DNA of 59,292 nt from an uncultured Desulfobacteraceae bacterium (GTDB taxonomy: Bacteria; Desulfobacterota; DSM-4660; Desulfatiglandales; B25-G16). Where the stretch lies: contig CAYMFC010000001.1 of NCBI GenBank assembly GCA_964389665.1, positions 1 to 59,292 of the forward strand, read 5' to 3'. The notes beneath the pieces are model-generated. The model searched no databases and was not told where the DNA came from. It was given only the letters and a program-made list of their open reading frames with translations. Shown in pieces: positions 37,082-46,120 of the stretch. Each line of letters opens with the position of its first letter. Position 1 is the stretch's first letter. A program made the translations under genes and the position numbers.

Positions 37082-37765
37082 ATGAATACACGTGAGATTA
37101 GCCGTTCAAGATTACCTATGGGCATAGATAAGACATTTGTTATCGGGGATATTCACGGTTGTTTGGGCATGCTCAAGAGGTTGATCGATAAGATTCCATG
37201 GGACCCGTCCAAGGATCGACTCATATTCATTGGTGACTACGTAGATAGAGGAGAGGATTCTCGCGGCGTCATTGAGTATGTCGTAACCCTTAAGCAGGAT
37301 TTCCAGAACGTTCAATGTCTTATCGGAAATCATGAGTATATGCTGCTTGACTATTTATCCGGGAAGGATCTCCAGACCTACATTTTAAATGGTGGCGGCG
37401 CTACCCTCATGAGCTATGATAGGGTAAGACAGAATAAGGATGATCCCCTCATCCCGCCCGCCCACCTCGAGTTTTTATCCTCGCTTTTGCCAATGATCGA
37501 ACTCGACAACTACTATATCGTGCATGCCGGCTTTCGACCCCACGTTCCCATTGAAGATCAAGAGCTCTTTGATATGCTCTGGATTCGAAACGAATTCCTG
37601 CTCTCCGAATATAATTTCGGTAAGGTGGTAATATTCGGGCATACCCCACTTAACAACCCCGTAGTGATGAAAAATAAGATAGGGATTGACACAGGAGCGG
37701 TGTTTGGTAATCGGTTAACGTGTCTTGAGCTACCGGAGATACGGTTCCATTCAGTTGAACCGTAA
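37082..37765 (+). CDS. Metallophosphoesterase (PPP-family Ser/Thr phosphatase / ApaH-like)
   Basis: 227 aa with 'GDIHGC', 'GDYVDRG' and 'GNHE'. Confidence 0.8.
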   Translation: MNTREISRSRLPMGIDKTFVIGDIHGCLGMLKRLIDKIPWDPSKDRLIFIGDYVDRGEDSRGVIEYVVTLKQDFQNVQCLIGNHEYMLLDYLSGKDLQTYILNGGGATLMSYDRVRQNKDDPLIPPAHLEFLSSLLPMIELDNYYIVHAGFRPHVPIEDQELFDMLWIRNEFLLSEYNFGKVVIFGHTPLNNPVVMKNKIGIDTGAVFGNRLTCLELPEIRFHSVEP

Positions 37766-37900
37766 GGCCTGTCAGATTGTCCAAGCGACAAACTCTCACC
37801 ATTGCCAGAGCCTCGATAGATGTGGAGCAGGTAACCCACCTTTTACCATAGTCCTTCTTTCGCCCAGAGATATCGCTTGATCTGCTGCTTTAGGGTATCC

Positions 37901-37929
37901 TTGACTTTCTATCATTTAGAGGGTATTTT
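37901..37929 (+). promoter_or_regulatory. Sigma70-type promoter for the exbB operon
   Basis: TTGACT (37901-37906), a 17-nt spacer, then TATTTT (37924-37929). Confidence 0.5.
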
Positions 37930-37993
37930 ATCTTCGAATTTGGACTCTTGGAAGCTATCGCCATCTGATCCACACAATATCGGGAGGGACCTA

Positions 37994-38605
37994 TTGATTG
38001 AGCTTGTCGTAAAAGGCGGACCCTTTATGTATCCTATCCTATTCTGTTCGATAGTTTCCCTTGCTATTTTCATAGAGCGGCTATGGCTCGTGAGACGCAA
38101 ATCGGTGATACCAAGGGATTTGATCGTCAAGGTTGAAGAATTGGTGAAACGGAACAAGATACCCGAGGCCGTTTTCCTCTGCCAGGGAAATAGCTCTTCA
38201 ATTGCCAGGATCTTTCTCTCAGGCCTGAAAAATGTCGGAAGGGGAATGTGGTTGGTAAAGGAGGCTATAGAAGAGAAGGGAAGGAGGGAGGGGGTCATTC
38301 TGGAGAGGAATGTGGGGGTTTTGCTCACCATAGCGAATCTATCTCCCTTACTTGGTCTGCTGGGTACTGTTTCCGGAATGATAAAGACCTTCAATGCAAT
38401 CTCAATTCATGGTGTGGGGGGGCCTGGACCGCTCGCAGGGGGGATTGCCGAGGCATTAATCACCACTGCGACGGGCCTTCTCGTTGCGATTCCCACCTTG
38501 GTTGCCTATCGGTTCCTTACAGACAAGGCACAGGTCCTCATATTTGAAATGGAGGAAAGCTCGATAAGGCTCGTGGATATTATGGAAGGAAGCATACAGG
38601 AGTAA
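37994..38605 (+). CDS. MotA/TolQ/ExbB proton-channel protein
   Basis: I chose the TTG at 37994 because a GGGAGGGA RBS lies 4 nt upstream and it falls downstream of the predicted promoter. This gives 'MIELVVKGGPFMYPILFCS', a typical ExbB/TolQ N-terminus, and 'GLLGTVSGMI' is also present. Confidence 0.85.
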   Translation: MIELVVKGGPFMYPILFCSIVSLAIFIERLWLVRRKSVIPRDLIVKVEELVKRNKIPEAVFLCQGNSSSIARIFLSGLKNVGRGMWLVKEAIEEKGRREGVILERNVGVLLTIANLSPLLGLLGTVSGMIKTFNAISIHGVGGPGPLAGGIAEALITTATGLLVAIPTLVAYRFLTDKAQVLIFEMEESSIRLVDIMEGSIQE

Positions 38606-39024
38606 TGCGGTTTAGTCAGCCAAAGAGGGAAGAGATCAGCCTTGGGGTGAGTATGGCACCTCTGATCGACATAGTATTTCTGCTGCTCATATTCTTCATG
38701 TTGACCTCGCATATCGAGATTATACCAGGTATCGACATCGCATTGCCCGATATTGCGGAAAGGGGGTCGGATACATCGACCAACACCATGATCGTAGCAC
38801 TTGATCGAGAAGGAAATTATTATCTAAACAAGGAGAGGATAGAGCTTACGGAGCTTTTCCGGAGGTTCAAGGAAACTGTCCAGCCGTCGAAGACAAACCT
38901 CATTTTGCAGGCCGATCGCGATGTGAAGCACGGTCAGGTGGTCAGGGTAATGGATTTAGCCAAAAAGGCCGGGATCGCCACTATTGTGATCGCAGCACAG
39001 TGGGAAGCTGAAAAGATCTTTTAG
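38605..39024 (+). CDS. ExbD/TolR biopolymer transport protein
   Basis: 139 aa with 'MAPLIDIVFLLLIFFM' and a TAATG overlap with exbB. Confidence 0.85.
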   Translation: MRFSQPKREEISLGVSMAPLIDIVFLLLIFFMLTSHIEIIPGIDIALPDIAERGSDTSTNTMIVALDREGNYYLNKERIELTELFRRFKETVQPSKTNLILQADRDVKHGQVVRVMDLAKKAGIATIVIAAQWEAEKIF

Positions 39025-39025
39025 G

Positions 39026-39346
39026 ATGAGAAAGAGGTATATACTATATGCTGTATTGCTTTGCCTTGTGGCAGGCCTCTTGTTCGTGTGTATGAGTTTC
39101 GGGCAGAACGGCCTCTTTGATCTCTTTAACATGCAGGCAGAGAAGCAAGAGAACGTGATTACCCTGAAAGATCTGAGGGATAAAAACAGGCTTCTTGCAT
39201 CTGAGATCAGGCGCTTGAGAGAGGACCCGAAATACTTTGAATCAGTAGCCCGTAAAGAACTAGGCCTGGTTAGGGAAAATGAAATAATCTATCGGGTTAA
39301 GGAAGGTGAAAGGGGTACTATTACAAGACCTATCCATGAGGAATAG
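39026..39346 (+). CDS. ftsB: Septum formation initiator (FtsB/DivIC family)
   Basis: 106 aa with a TM helix, a coiled coil and the C-terminal 'ARKELGLVRENEIIYRV' signature. Confidence 0.8.
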   Translation: MRKRYILYAVLLCLVAGLLFVCMSFGQNGLFDLFNMQAEKQENVITLKDLRDKNRLLASEIRRLREDPKYFESVARKELGLVRENEIIYRVKEGERGTITRPIHEE

Positions 39347-39389
39347 GAAACGTGGCAAAAGAAAACGGTAAGGTTAAAAGGAGTCAAAC

Positions 39390-40076
39390 ATGGCAGGACT
39401 AGACGACATTTACGATGAGGTTGTTGACAAGATCGCAACACCGAAGGCGAGGCTTCTGCTTGTTGAGACGCTAAAGAAGGAGGGAAAGCCGCGGGCCGTG
39501 ATACAGGCGTGCAAAAAGGTTTTAGAAATCTTCCCGGACGACCTTCATATAAGAAGGCTATTAGCCGAGACCTATTTCGATGAAGGATCACTGGATCTTG
39601 CAGAAATGGAATTAAATAAAATAGCTCAACAAATAAAGGATTTATCTTATATTTTTAAATTTCTATCTGAGTTATTTATACGGAAAAATAAGATCGACGA
39701 TGCGATACACTCCCTTCAACTATACCTGGCACATAACCAAGGAGATCAGGAAGCAGCTGATCTTCTGGCAGAGATCAGCCAGCCTAGAGAAGAGCAATCT
39801 GCTTTGCCTACGTCTACCTTGGCTGAGCTCTATTACAGGCAGGGTCAGCTCGATGAGGCGATCAAGGTGTATGAACAGGTAGTTGCCTCTTTCCCGGCTG
39901 ATGAGAAAGCTAAACACCGACTCTCTGCACTTAAGGGGGAAAAGGGAGCCCAAGAGGGGAAAATGGAGACAACGGGATCGGCAAGAGAAAGGCAATTAAA
40001 GCTTCTGGGAGTTTTGGAAAGGTGGCTGGCTGCCGTTGAGCACAGGAAGATGGAGGCCCTGCAAGCCCGGGCTTAG
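39390..40076 (+). CDS. TPR-repeat protein
   Basis: 228 aa, helical, with TPR-like repeats ('AELYYRQGQLDEAIKVYEQVV'). Confidence 0.6.
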   Translation: MAGLDDIYDEVVDKIATPKARLLLVETLKKEGKPRAVIQACKKVLEIFPDDLHIRRLLAETYFDEGSLDLAEMELNKIAQQIKDLSYIFKFLSELFIRKNKIDDAIHSLQLYLAHNQGDQEAADLLAEISQPREEQSALPTSTLAELYYRQGQLDEAIKVYEQVVASFPADEKAKHRLSALKGEKGAQEGKMETTGSARERQLKLLGVLERWLAAVEHRKMEALQARA

Positions 40077-40124
40077 GACGGAAAAGGGCAAGGTAATTCT
40101 TATAGATGAGGAGAAGTCATATCG

Positions 40125-40682
40125 ATGTACACAACAGCGGATTTCAGAACGGGACACAAGATAGAGCTGGAAGGAAAGCCTTTTATCATCATAGAGTTTC
40201 TCCACGTAAAGCCTGGCAAAGGCGGGGCATTCGTGAGAACGAAGCTAAAGAATATGCTTACTGGACAGGTCTTGGAGAAGACATTTCGTGCAGGAGAGAA
40301 GGTGGCATCGCCCAACATCCAAGAAAAGGAAATGCAATACCTCTATCAAGATAAGGATCACTATTGGTTCATGGATACAGCTACGTTCGATCAAGTTTTT
40401 TTAACAGCCGAACAACTTGGTGACAATCGTCACTTTTTAAAGGAGAATACCAATATCAAGACACTGATATACAATGAAGAGGTAGTGGATATAGAGATTC
40501 CCAATTTCGTTGAGCTTGAAGTAGTAGAGACCGAGCCAGGAGTTAAGGGAAATACAGTGACCAGCGGCACCAAACCGGCCACCCTGGAGTCGGGAGGAGT
40601 TATTCAGGTTCCGCTCTTTGTGAATATCGGCGATACGGTCAGGGTAGCCACACGTACAAGGGAATACCTAGAAAGGGTATAA
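40125..40682 (+). CDS. efp: Elongation factor P
   Basis: 185 aa with 'FLHVKPGKGGAFVRTKLKN' (lysine-type loop) and 'VPLFV..GD'. Confidence 0.95.
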   Translation: MYTTADFRTGHKIELEGKPFIIIEFLHVKPGKGGAFVRTKLKNMLTGQVLEKTFRAGEKVASPNIQEKEMQYLYQDKDHYWFMDTATFDQVFLTAEQLGDNRHFLKENTNIKTLIYNEEVVDIEIPNFVELEVVETEPGVKGNTVTSGTKPATLESGGVIQVPLFVNIGDTVRVATRTREYLERV

Positions 40683-41732
40683 ATGGATGTTGCATTTAAC
40701 TTTATGGCCACAGGCATAGGGAGCGTACCCTTTCTTGATGTGGAGGGCACCTGTAAGGGTATCCTTGAACGCTGCCCGGATATCCCGTTCTGGCCTCAAT
40801 TCGTTAAACGAAGCCCCTTAGAGGATATGGCTATTCAAGCGAGCCAGGGGCTTCCGCTGATTCAACTGAATCGTGAAAGCGGATCCATGTATCTGGACAC
40901 CTCGGATAATCAAGAGGATGAACTCACCAGCTTTTATGAGCATTTCATGGCAGAGGATACCGATTATTTCGCCATCGATCACGAGCACGCATCCGGTCTG
41001 TATACGCTTCTCGATATGATCCGTAAGAGTCCTAACAACTGTGGGCCATATATCAAGGGGCAGATAGCGGGCCCCATTACCTTTGCGGGAGGCCTGATGG
41101 ATACAACAGGCCGATCCGCCCTTTACAACAGCGAGATCATGGATGTAATTGTCAAGGGCCTGGCAATCAAGGCATTGTGGTTGGTGAAGGCAATGTCCAT
41201 AAAAGGCAAAAGTACAATACTTTTTCTAGATGAGCCATACCTTTCCGGATATGGCTCGGCCTTCACGCCGATACAGCGGCATGAGGTTATCTCCCATATC
41301 AGGGAAATTATAGATTACCTGCGGGCTAGGAGCAATGCCATACTAGGAATTCACTGCTGCGGAAACACGGACTGGTCCATGATTATCGAAACAGGGGTTG
41401 ATATCGTAAGTTTCGATGCCGTTGAGTATTTAGACTACTTCTTGCTCTACAAAAATGATATCAAACGGCTTCTGCTAAATGGCGGGGCTATTGCATGGGG
41501 AGTGGTTCCCACCATATCCTTTACCGGCAAAGAGACTATCGGGGATCTGAAAGTGAGATTGGAAGAAGGGCTCAATAGATTCTATGATTGGGGACTCGAT
41601 AGGGAAATGGTGGCTGAGAGATCCCTTGTTACACCGGCTTGTGGTGTGGGCTCAATAGAACCAGCTCTGGCTGACAGGATATTCGAACTGCTTTCCGGCT
41701 TATCCAATACAATCCTCCATCAGAGCGGCTAG
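40683..41732 (+). CDS. MetE-C-terminal-like (cobalamin-independent methionine synthase / URO-D-like fold) protein, function unknown
   Basis: 349 aa with 'ATGIGSVPF', 'GIHCCGNTDW' and 'TPACGVGS', which resemble the Zn-ligand segments of the CIMS family. The ATG starts on the base immediately after the efp TAA (no spacer). Confidence 0.5.
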   Translation: MDVAFNFMATGIGSVPFLDVEGTCKGILERCPDIPFWPQFVKRSPLEDMAIQASQGLPLIQLNRESGSMYLDTSDNQEDELTSFYEHFMAEDTDYFAIDHEHASGLYTLLDMIRKSPNNCGPYIKGQIAGPITFAGGLMDTTGRSALYNSEIMDVIVKGLAIKALWLVKAMSIKGKSTILFLDEPYLSGYGSAFTPIQRHEVISHIREIIDYLRARSNAILGIHCCGNTDWSMIIETGVDIVSFDAVEYLDYFLLYKNDIKRLLLNGGAIAWGVVPTISFTGKETIGDLKVRLEEGLNRFYDWGLDREMVAERSLVTPACGVGSIEPALADRIFELLSGLSNTILHQSG

Positions 41733-41769
41733 GTTTTCATCGTAGCACATGACCCCGGGGCTTCGCTTC

Positions 41770-41800
41770 AGGGTTATAGGTGAAAGAACCCTTTATTTGT
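41770..41800. terminator. Weak hairpin plus T-tract between convergent genes
   Basis: 'agggtt' (41770-41775), an 11-nt loop, 'aaccct' (41787-41792), then 'ttatttgt'. Confidence 0.3.
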
Positions 41801-41810
41801 GTGCAGTTTC

Positions 41811-42650
41811 TTAAGAGAGCTCGAAGGCGGAGTTCTCCTTTGCGGCCTCTATCTGCAAGGCTGCGTCCTTCTCCTTGACGATATCCTGACATAGAATCAC
41901 CATCTTGATCATATCGCTATCCTTTCGCTCGGGGGCATGATGAAAGAGGATAAGCTTCTTGACGTTGGCCTTCAAGGCGAGATCAATGGCTGAGAGGTAA
42001 TCGGAATGCCCCCAGCCCCTGTGCTCAGATATCTCCTCGGGTCTATAGTGGCTGTCGTGGATCAGGACATCCGCTCCCTCGCAAAACGCCACGTACCTAT
42101 CGAGTGATCCATGATCATTACCGACCTCGTTGTCGGTGAGAAAGACGAGGGTTTTATCTCCCTCACGAAAGCGAAACCCCATGCCTCCTTGCGGGTGCTG
42201 GAGAGGAACAGTATCTATTACAACTCCGTCGATTTCAAGGTAGCCATTGCTCAATGTATCGATGAACTGTATATCGGCATTCAGCTCTTCAAACCGAATG
42301 GGGAAAAAACCATCCCCCATCTTATTATCAAAACTGTATCTTAGCCCTTTCATGCACTGGCTGTAACCATCGACAAGGATTCTCGTTGAGGATTTATAGA
42401 TCGGCAGGAAAAAGGGGAAGCCGAAGACATGATCCCAGTGTATATGAGTGATAAGGAGGTGAAGGTCTATCTCATCGCCATGGGACTCAAGCTCGTCACC
42501 AAGGGCACGAATCCCGGTCCCGGCATCGACAATAACCTTTTTCCCTCCTGCGAGATCTATCTCCAAACACGTTGTATTCCCCCCATAGATGATGGTATCC
42601 TTTCCGGGAACGGGGGTAGACCCTCTTGTCCCCCAAAACTTGACTCTCAT
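41811..42650 (-). CDS. MBL-fold metallo-hydrolase
   Basis: 279 aa with 'FWGTRGS', 'ITHIHWDHV' (HxHxDH) and 'LFHHAP'. Confidence 0.8.
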   Translation of the reverse strand: MRVKFWGTRGSTPVPGKDTIIYGGNTTCLEIDLAGGKKVIVDAGTGIRALGDELESHGDEIDLHLLITHIHWDHVFGFPFFLPIYKSSTRILVDGYSQCMKGLRYSFDNKMGDGFFPIRFEELNADIQFIDTLSNGYLEIDGVVIDTVPLQHPQGGMGFRFREGDKTLVFLTDNEVGNDHGSLDRYVAFCEGADVLIHDSHYRPEEISEHRGWGHSDYLSAIDLALKANVKKLILFHHAPERKDSDMIKMVILCQDIVKEKDAALQIEAAKENSAFELS

Positions 42651-42766
42651 CTATTGCCCTATGTTTGATAAGATGTGGATCTTTTTTTGATTATCTTCGA
42701 TACAGTGAAAACGCTTAGCATGAGGGTAGAGCTCCATGCGTAGGCCCCTCAATGATTTAAGGCTAC

Positions 42767-43798
42767 ATGATTGACTTTTGTATGTCAAATCAAAAAAGGG
42801 ATACAAAGGTACACCTGATCGAGAAGGCATTGAAAGTGCTCGCTTCTCACCGTGCGAGCTGTAATCTCTGTCCAAGGGCCTGTAGCGTGAACAGACAGAT
42901 GGGAGAGAGGGGATTCTGCGGCATAAGGGAGCTGCCCATAGTCTCCCATAGCTGCCTCCACTTTGGAGAAGAGCCGCCGCTAAGCGGCTACTACGACTAC
43001 AGGGGAAATGTAGCAACGGGCTCCAGATCGTCGGGATCGGGGGCGATCTTCTTTGCGGGATGCAACCTGAAATGCTGCTTTTGCCAGAATTATCAGATTA
43101 GTCATCAAATCCACGGATCCGTCACCTCCATCGATGCGTTAGCCTCCTGCATGATCTCGTTACAAGAAAAGGGGGCGTTGAATATCAACCTTGTCACGCC
43201 TACTCATGTTATTCTACCCCTTCTCGAAGCGCTGAAGATTGCCTTTTCTCGCGGACTGAAACGACCCCTTGTGTACAATACGAGTGCCTATGAGTCATAC
43301 GAGACCATTTCGCAGCTTTCCGGAATCATTGACATCTACCTCCCTGACTTTAAGTATTTCAGCAAGGATATAGCCCGCAGGTTCTCGAACGCGCCAGACT
43401 ATGCCGAAAGGGCGTCCGAGGTTATACTCGAGATGTATGATCAAGTAGGGAATCTTGAACTTGACGAAGAGGGAAATGCTTTGAAAGGAATGATTATCCG
43501 GCACTTGATCTTACCCACGTATACCGAGGACTCATGCGCCATACTGGAGTGGATCGCAACCAATCTCTCAAAACAAGTCCCGGTGAGTTTGATGAGCCAG
43601 TTCTATCCGTGCACTACGGTTCCGGATGAGATACATAGGAAGATCACCGCGGAAGAATACAAAAAGGTGCTAGCAAGGGCAGAGGAGCTCGGCTTTGAAA
43701 ACCTTTATTTACAGCCCTTTACCTTTGAACCCGATGATCATTTGGTCCCGGATTTCGAAAGGGATGATCCTTTTTCCTGGAGCAACCATGAACCTTAG
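42767..43798 (+). CDS. PflX-type (COG1313-like) radical SAM protein
   Basis: 343 aa with an N-terminal 'CNLCPRACSVNR..GERGFCG', the radical SAM motif 'IFFAGCNLKCCFCQNYQIS', and 'YLPDFKY'. Confidence 0.85.
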   Translation: MIDFCMSNQKRDTKVHLIEKALKVLASHRASCNLCPRACSVNRQMGERGFCGIRELPIVSHSCLHFGEEPPLSGYYDYRGNVATGSRSSGSGAIFFAGCNLKCCFCQNYQISHQIHGSVTSIDALASCMISLQEKGALNINLVTPTHVILPLLEALKIAFSRGLKRPLVYNTSAYESYETISQLSGIIDIYLPDFKYFSKDIARRFSNAPDYAERASEVILEMYDQVGNLELDEEGNALKGMIIRHLILPTYTEDSCAILEWIATNLSKQVPVSLMSQFYPCTTVPDEIHRKITAEEYKKVLARAEELGFENLYLQPFTFEPDDHLVPDFERDDPFSWSNHEP

Positions 43799-43940
43799 AC
43801 CGTTGATAAGGTGGAGAAAGGTCATCTTCCGGGTGCAATACCGCAGACATTGTGCTATAAGCAACGCCCGGAAGAGTACTGTTTGCGATGTACCGATCAA
43901 TCGTAGCCCCTTTAGTAATTATTGGGAAAGGAGATAGGTG

Positions 43941-44900
43941 ATGAGCAATGAGGTGCTGGATGGATTAAGGGAGGTTGATGGACTTGTAGTGACCACCCTT
44001 ATGGATAACTATGTGGATGTGCTCCTGAGGAACTCCACCGGGGTCAGGAGACCACCCATGGCACTTGGTGGAGAGATCCCAGCAGACACGTTGCTGGCAG
44101 AGCACGGTCTGTCGCTTTTAGCGGCAGTTGCCATAGGCGAAAGGACACACCACATCTTGTTTGATTGCGGCTACAGTAAGGTAGGCCTTCCCCATAATGT
44201 GAAAATGCTGGAAATAGACCTTGGGCAAGTAGAGGTTATTGTCCTAAGCCACGGCCACATGGACCATACAGGGGCGCTGTATCCCATCGCCGAGAGTCTG
44301 GGCAGATCGATCCCGTTAGTCCTTCATCCCGATGCATTTCTCTCGCCTCGTTATTTCGGACTCGAAGACGGGAGAAAACTCGTATTCCCCCAAACGATCT
44401 CGCGGCATGAGATGGAGAAGAGGGGGATAGAGGTGCTTGAGAGGAGGAACCCATCGCTTATTGCTGAAGACACAATAGCGGTCACCGGGGAGATAGAACG
44501 GGTAACGGACTTTGAAAAGGGATTGCCCAACGCCCTCGTTGAGAGAAACGGTACCCTTGAACGTGACGACATCCTCGACGATCAGTCTATAGTGATCAAG
44601 CTTAAGGGAAAGGGATTGGTGGTTATCTCCGGGTGCGGTCATGCCGGTATCATCAACACCATGCTGTATGCCCGGAAGATCACAGGTATCAATACAATAC
44701 ATGGCGTATTGGGCGGTTTTCATCTCCAGGGGCCAGCCTTTGAGCCCATTGTAGAGCGGACGATTGCCGAATTTAAGGCAATCAAACCAGAAGTCACTGT
44801 CCCGATGCACTGCACGGGCTGGGCAGCCATCAAGAGATTTTCAGAGGAATTCCCCTCATCCTTTGTCCTCAACAGCGTTGGCACGAGGATCTCGTTTTAA
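43941..44900 (+). CDS. MBL-fold metallo-hydrolase (COG1237-like)
   Basis: 'AEHGLSLL' and '[12 protein letters not shown]'. I prefer the ATG at 43941 (AAGGAG 7 nt upstream) to the GTG at 43938. Confidence 0.8.
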   Translation: MSNEVLDGLREVDGLVVTTLMDNYVDVLLRNSTGVRRPPMALGGEIPADTLLAEHGLSLLAAVAIGERTHHILFDCGYSKVGLPHNVKMLEIDLGQVEVIVLSHGHMDHTGALYPIAESLGRSIPLVLHPDAFLSPRYFGLEDGRKLVFPQTISRHEMEKRGIEVLERRNPSLIAEDTIAVTGEIERVTDFEKGLPNALVERNGTLERDDILDDQSIVIKLKGKGLVVISGCGHAGIINTMLYARKITGINTIHGVLGGFHLQGPAFEPIVERTIAEFKAIKPEVTVPMHCTGWAAIKRFSEEFPSSFVLNSVGTRISF

Positions 44901-44916
44901 GCGAGAATTAAACGCC

Positions 44917-45363
44917 ATGAAGTACCTGATCTATCTCATGCTCATAGTCTATGCGTTGAGCCCAATCGATTTGATACCCGAGTGGTTTGCAGGACCTCTT
45001 GGCATCATTGACGACGTCATCGTCATAGGAGGCCTGTACTGGTATTTCATCTATCGGCCTGCCAAGATGAGGACGCACTACCAGAGATCCTATCATAGAG
45101 AAGGGCAGGGGCAAAAGGAGGAAGGATTTCAGGAGAATAGCCAAAAGACCCAAGCAGGGAAGGGTTTCTCAAAAATGGATCCTTATGAAGTCTTGGGTGT
45201 TGCCAGAGGCGCCTCCATTGATGAGATCAAGAATGCCTACAGGAAGCTGGCCAACAAGTACCATCCGGATAAGGTAAACTATTTGGGAGATGAATTCAAG
45301 GAATTGGCGAATAAGAGATTTAAGGAAATACAGGAGGCATACCAGGAGTTGGTACAAAAATAA
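44917..45363 (+). CDS. DUF1232(YkvA)-like membrane domain fused to a J-domain
   Basis: The ATG at 44917 gives a 148-aa protein with '[23 protein letters not shown]' followed by the J-domain 'DPYEVLGV...[16 protein letters not shown]'. The upstream extension of the ORF overlaps the preceding gene. Confidence 0.75.
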   Translation: MKYLIYLMLIVYALSPIDLIPEWFAGPLGIIDDVIVIGGLYWYFIYRPAKMRTHYQRSYHREGQGQKEEGFQENSQKTQAGKGFSKMDPYEVLGVARGASIDEIKNAYRKLANKYHPDKVNYLGDEFKELANKRFKEIQEAYQELVQK

Positions 45364-45403
45364 GAAAACAAGCACTATCGTAATGTGCAGGACCGAGCGT
45401 TAT

Positions 45404-46120
45404 TTAAATCCCGAGATAGGTCTGTATATTTGTTGAGCTCTTTATCTCCTCTGATGTGCCTTGAATCTTTATCTGACCTTGATGCATGATATAGACATAT
45501 CCCGCTGCATCGAGCGAGGCATCAGCATTTTGCTCCACAAGCAGTATGGTTAATCCCACTTCGGCCTGCAATTTCCCGATTGTCTCAAATATTTCTCCTA
45601 CCAGTATCGGGGCTAATCCCTGACTCGGCTCATCCAGCATGATAAGCTTCGGCTTTGTCATGAGTGCCCTGCCAATGGTGAGCATTTGCTGCTGGCCTCC
45701 GCTCAAGGTGCCGGCTCCTTGCCTATCCCGTTCCTTTAATATGGGAAATAGAGCATACACAAGCTCAAGCGACTCACTCATACTTTTGAGTGCCTCCTTG
45801 CGATAGGCACCCATAACTAAATTTTCATGGACATTCATCTCGGTAAAGAGATGTTTTCCCTCTGGGACTAAGGTAATGCCTAAATCAACCTTTTTATGGG
45901 TCGGCAAATAGGTGATCTCGTTATCTTCGTAAAAAATCTTCCCTCCCCAAGGCTCAATAGACCCTAACACGGTTCGAAGCAGCGTCGATTTTCCAACCCC
46001 ATTGGGACCAAGCAGGGAGGTTATGGAACCTTTTTTGACCTCCAGGCTCGGTTTCCATAAAACCTGCATCGCTCCATAACCGGATTCAAGGTCTTCTATC
46101 GTTAACATCACGTTACCCAT
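45404..46120 (-). CDS. livF: Branched-chain amino acid ABC transporter ATP-binding protein (LivF-like)
   Basis: 'GPNGVGKST' and 'LSGGQQQML'. I chose the ATG at 46120 (AGGAGA RBS 9 nt upstream); the ATG at 46108 is an alternative. Confidence 0.9.
   Translation of the reverse strand: MGNVMLTIEDLESGYGAMQVLWKPSLEVKKGSITSLLGPNGVGKSTLLRTVLGSIEPWGGKIFYEDNEITYLPTHKKVDLGITLVPEGKHLFTEMNVHENLVMGAYRKEALKSMSESLELVYALFPILKERDRQGAGTLSGGQQQMLTIGRALMTKPKLIMLDEPSQGLAPILVGEIFETIGKLQAEVGLTILLVEQNADASLDAAGYVYIMHQGQIKIQGTSEEIKSSTNIQTYLGI

Noticed and set aside
42651-43016. 121-aa minus-strand ORF across the MBL/radical SAM divergent promoter
   Set aside because: It overlaps the motif-bearing N-terminus of the radical SAM gene in antisense and has no features of its own.
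44764-44916. N-terminal extension of the J-domain ORF overlapping the MBL gene 3' end
   Set aside because: The extension is Arg/Ser-rich and overlaps the upstream gene by 137 nt. The ATG at 44917 gives a sensible DUF1232-type hydrophobic N-terminus.
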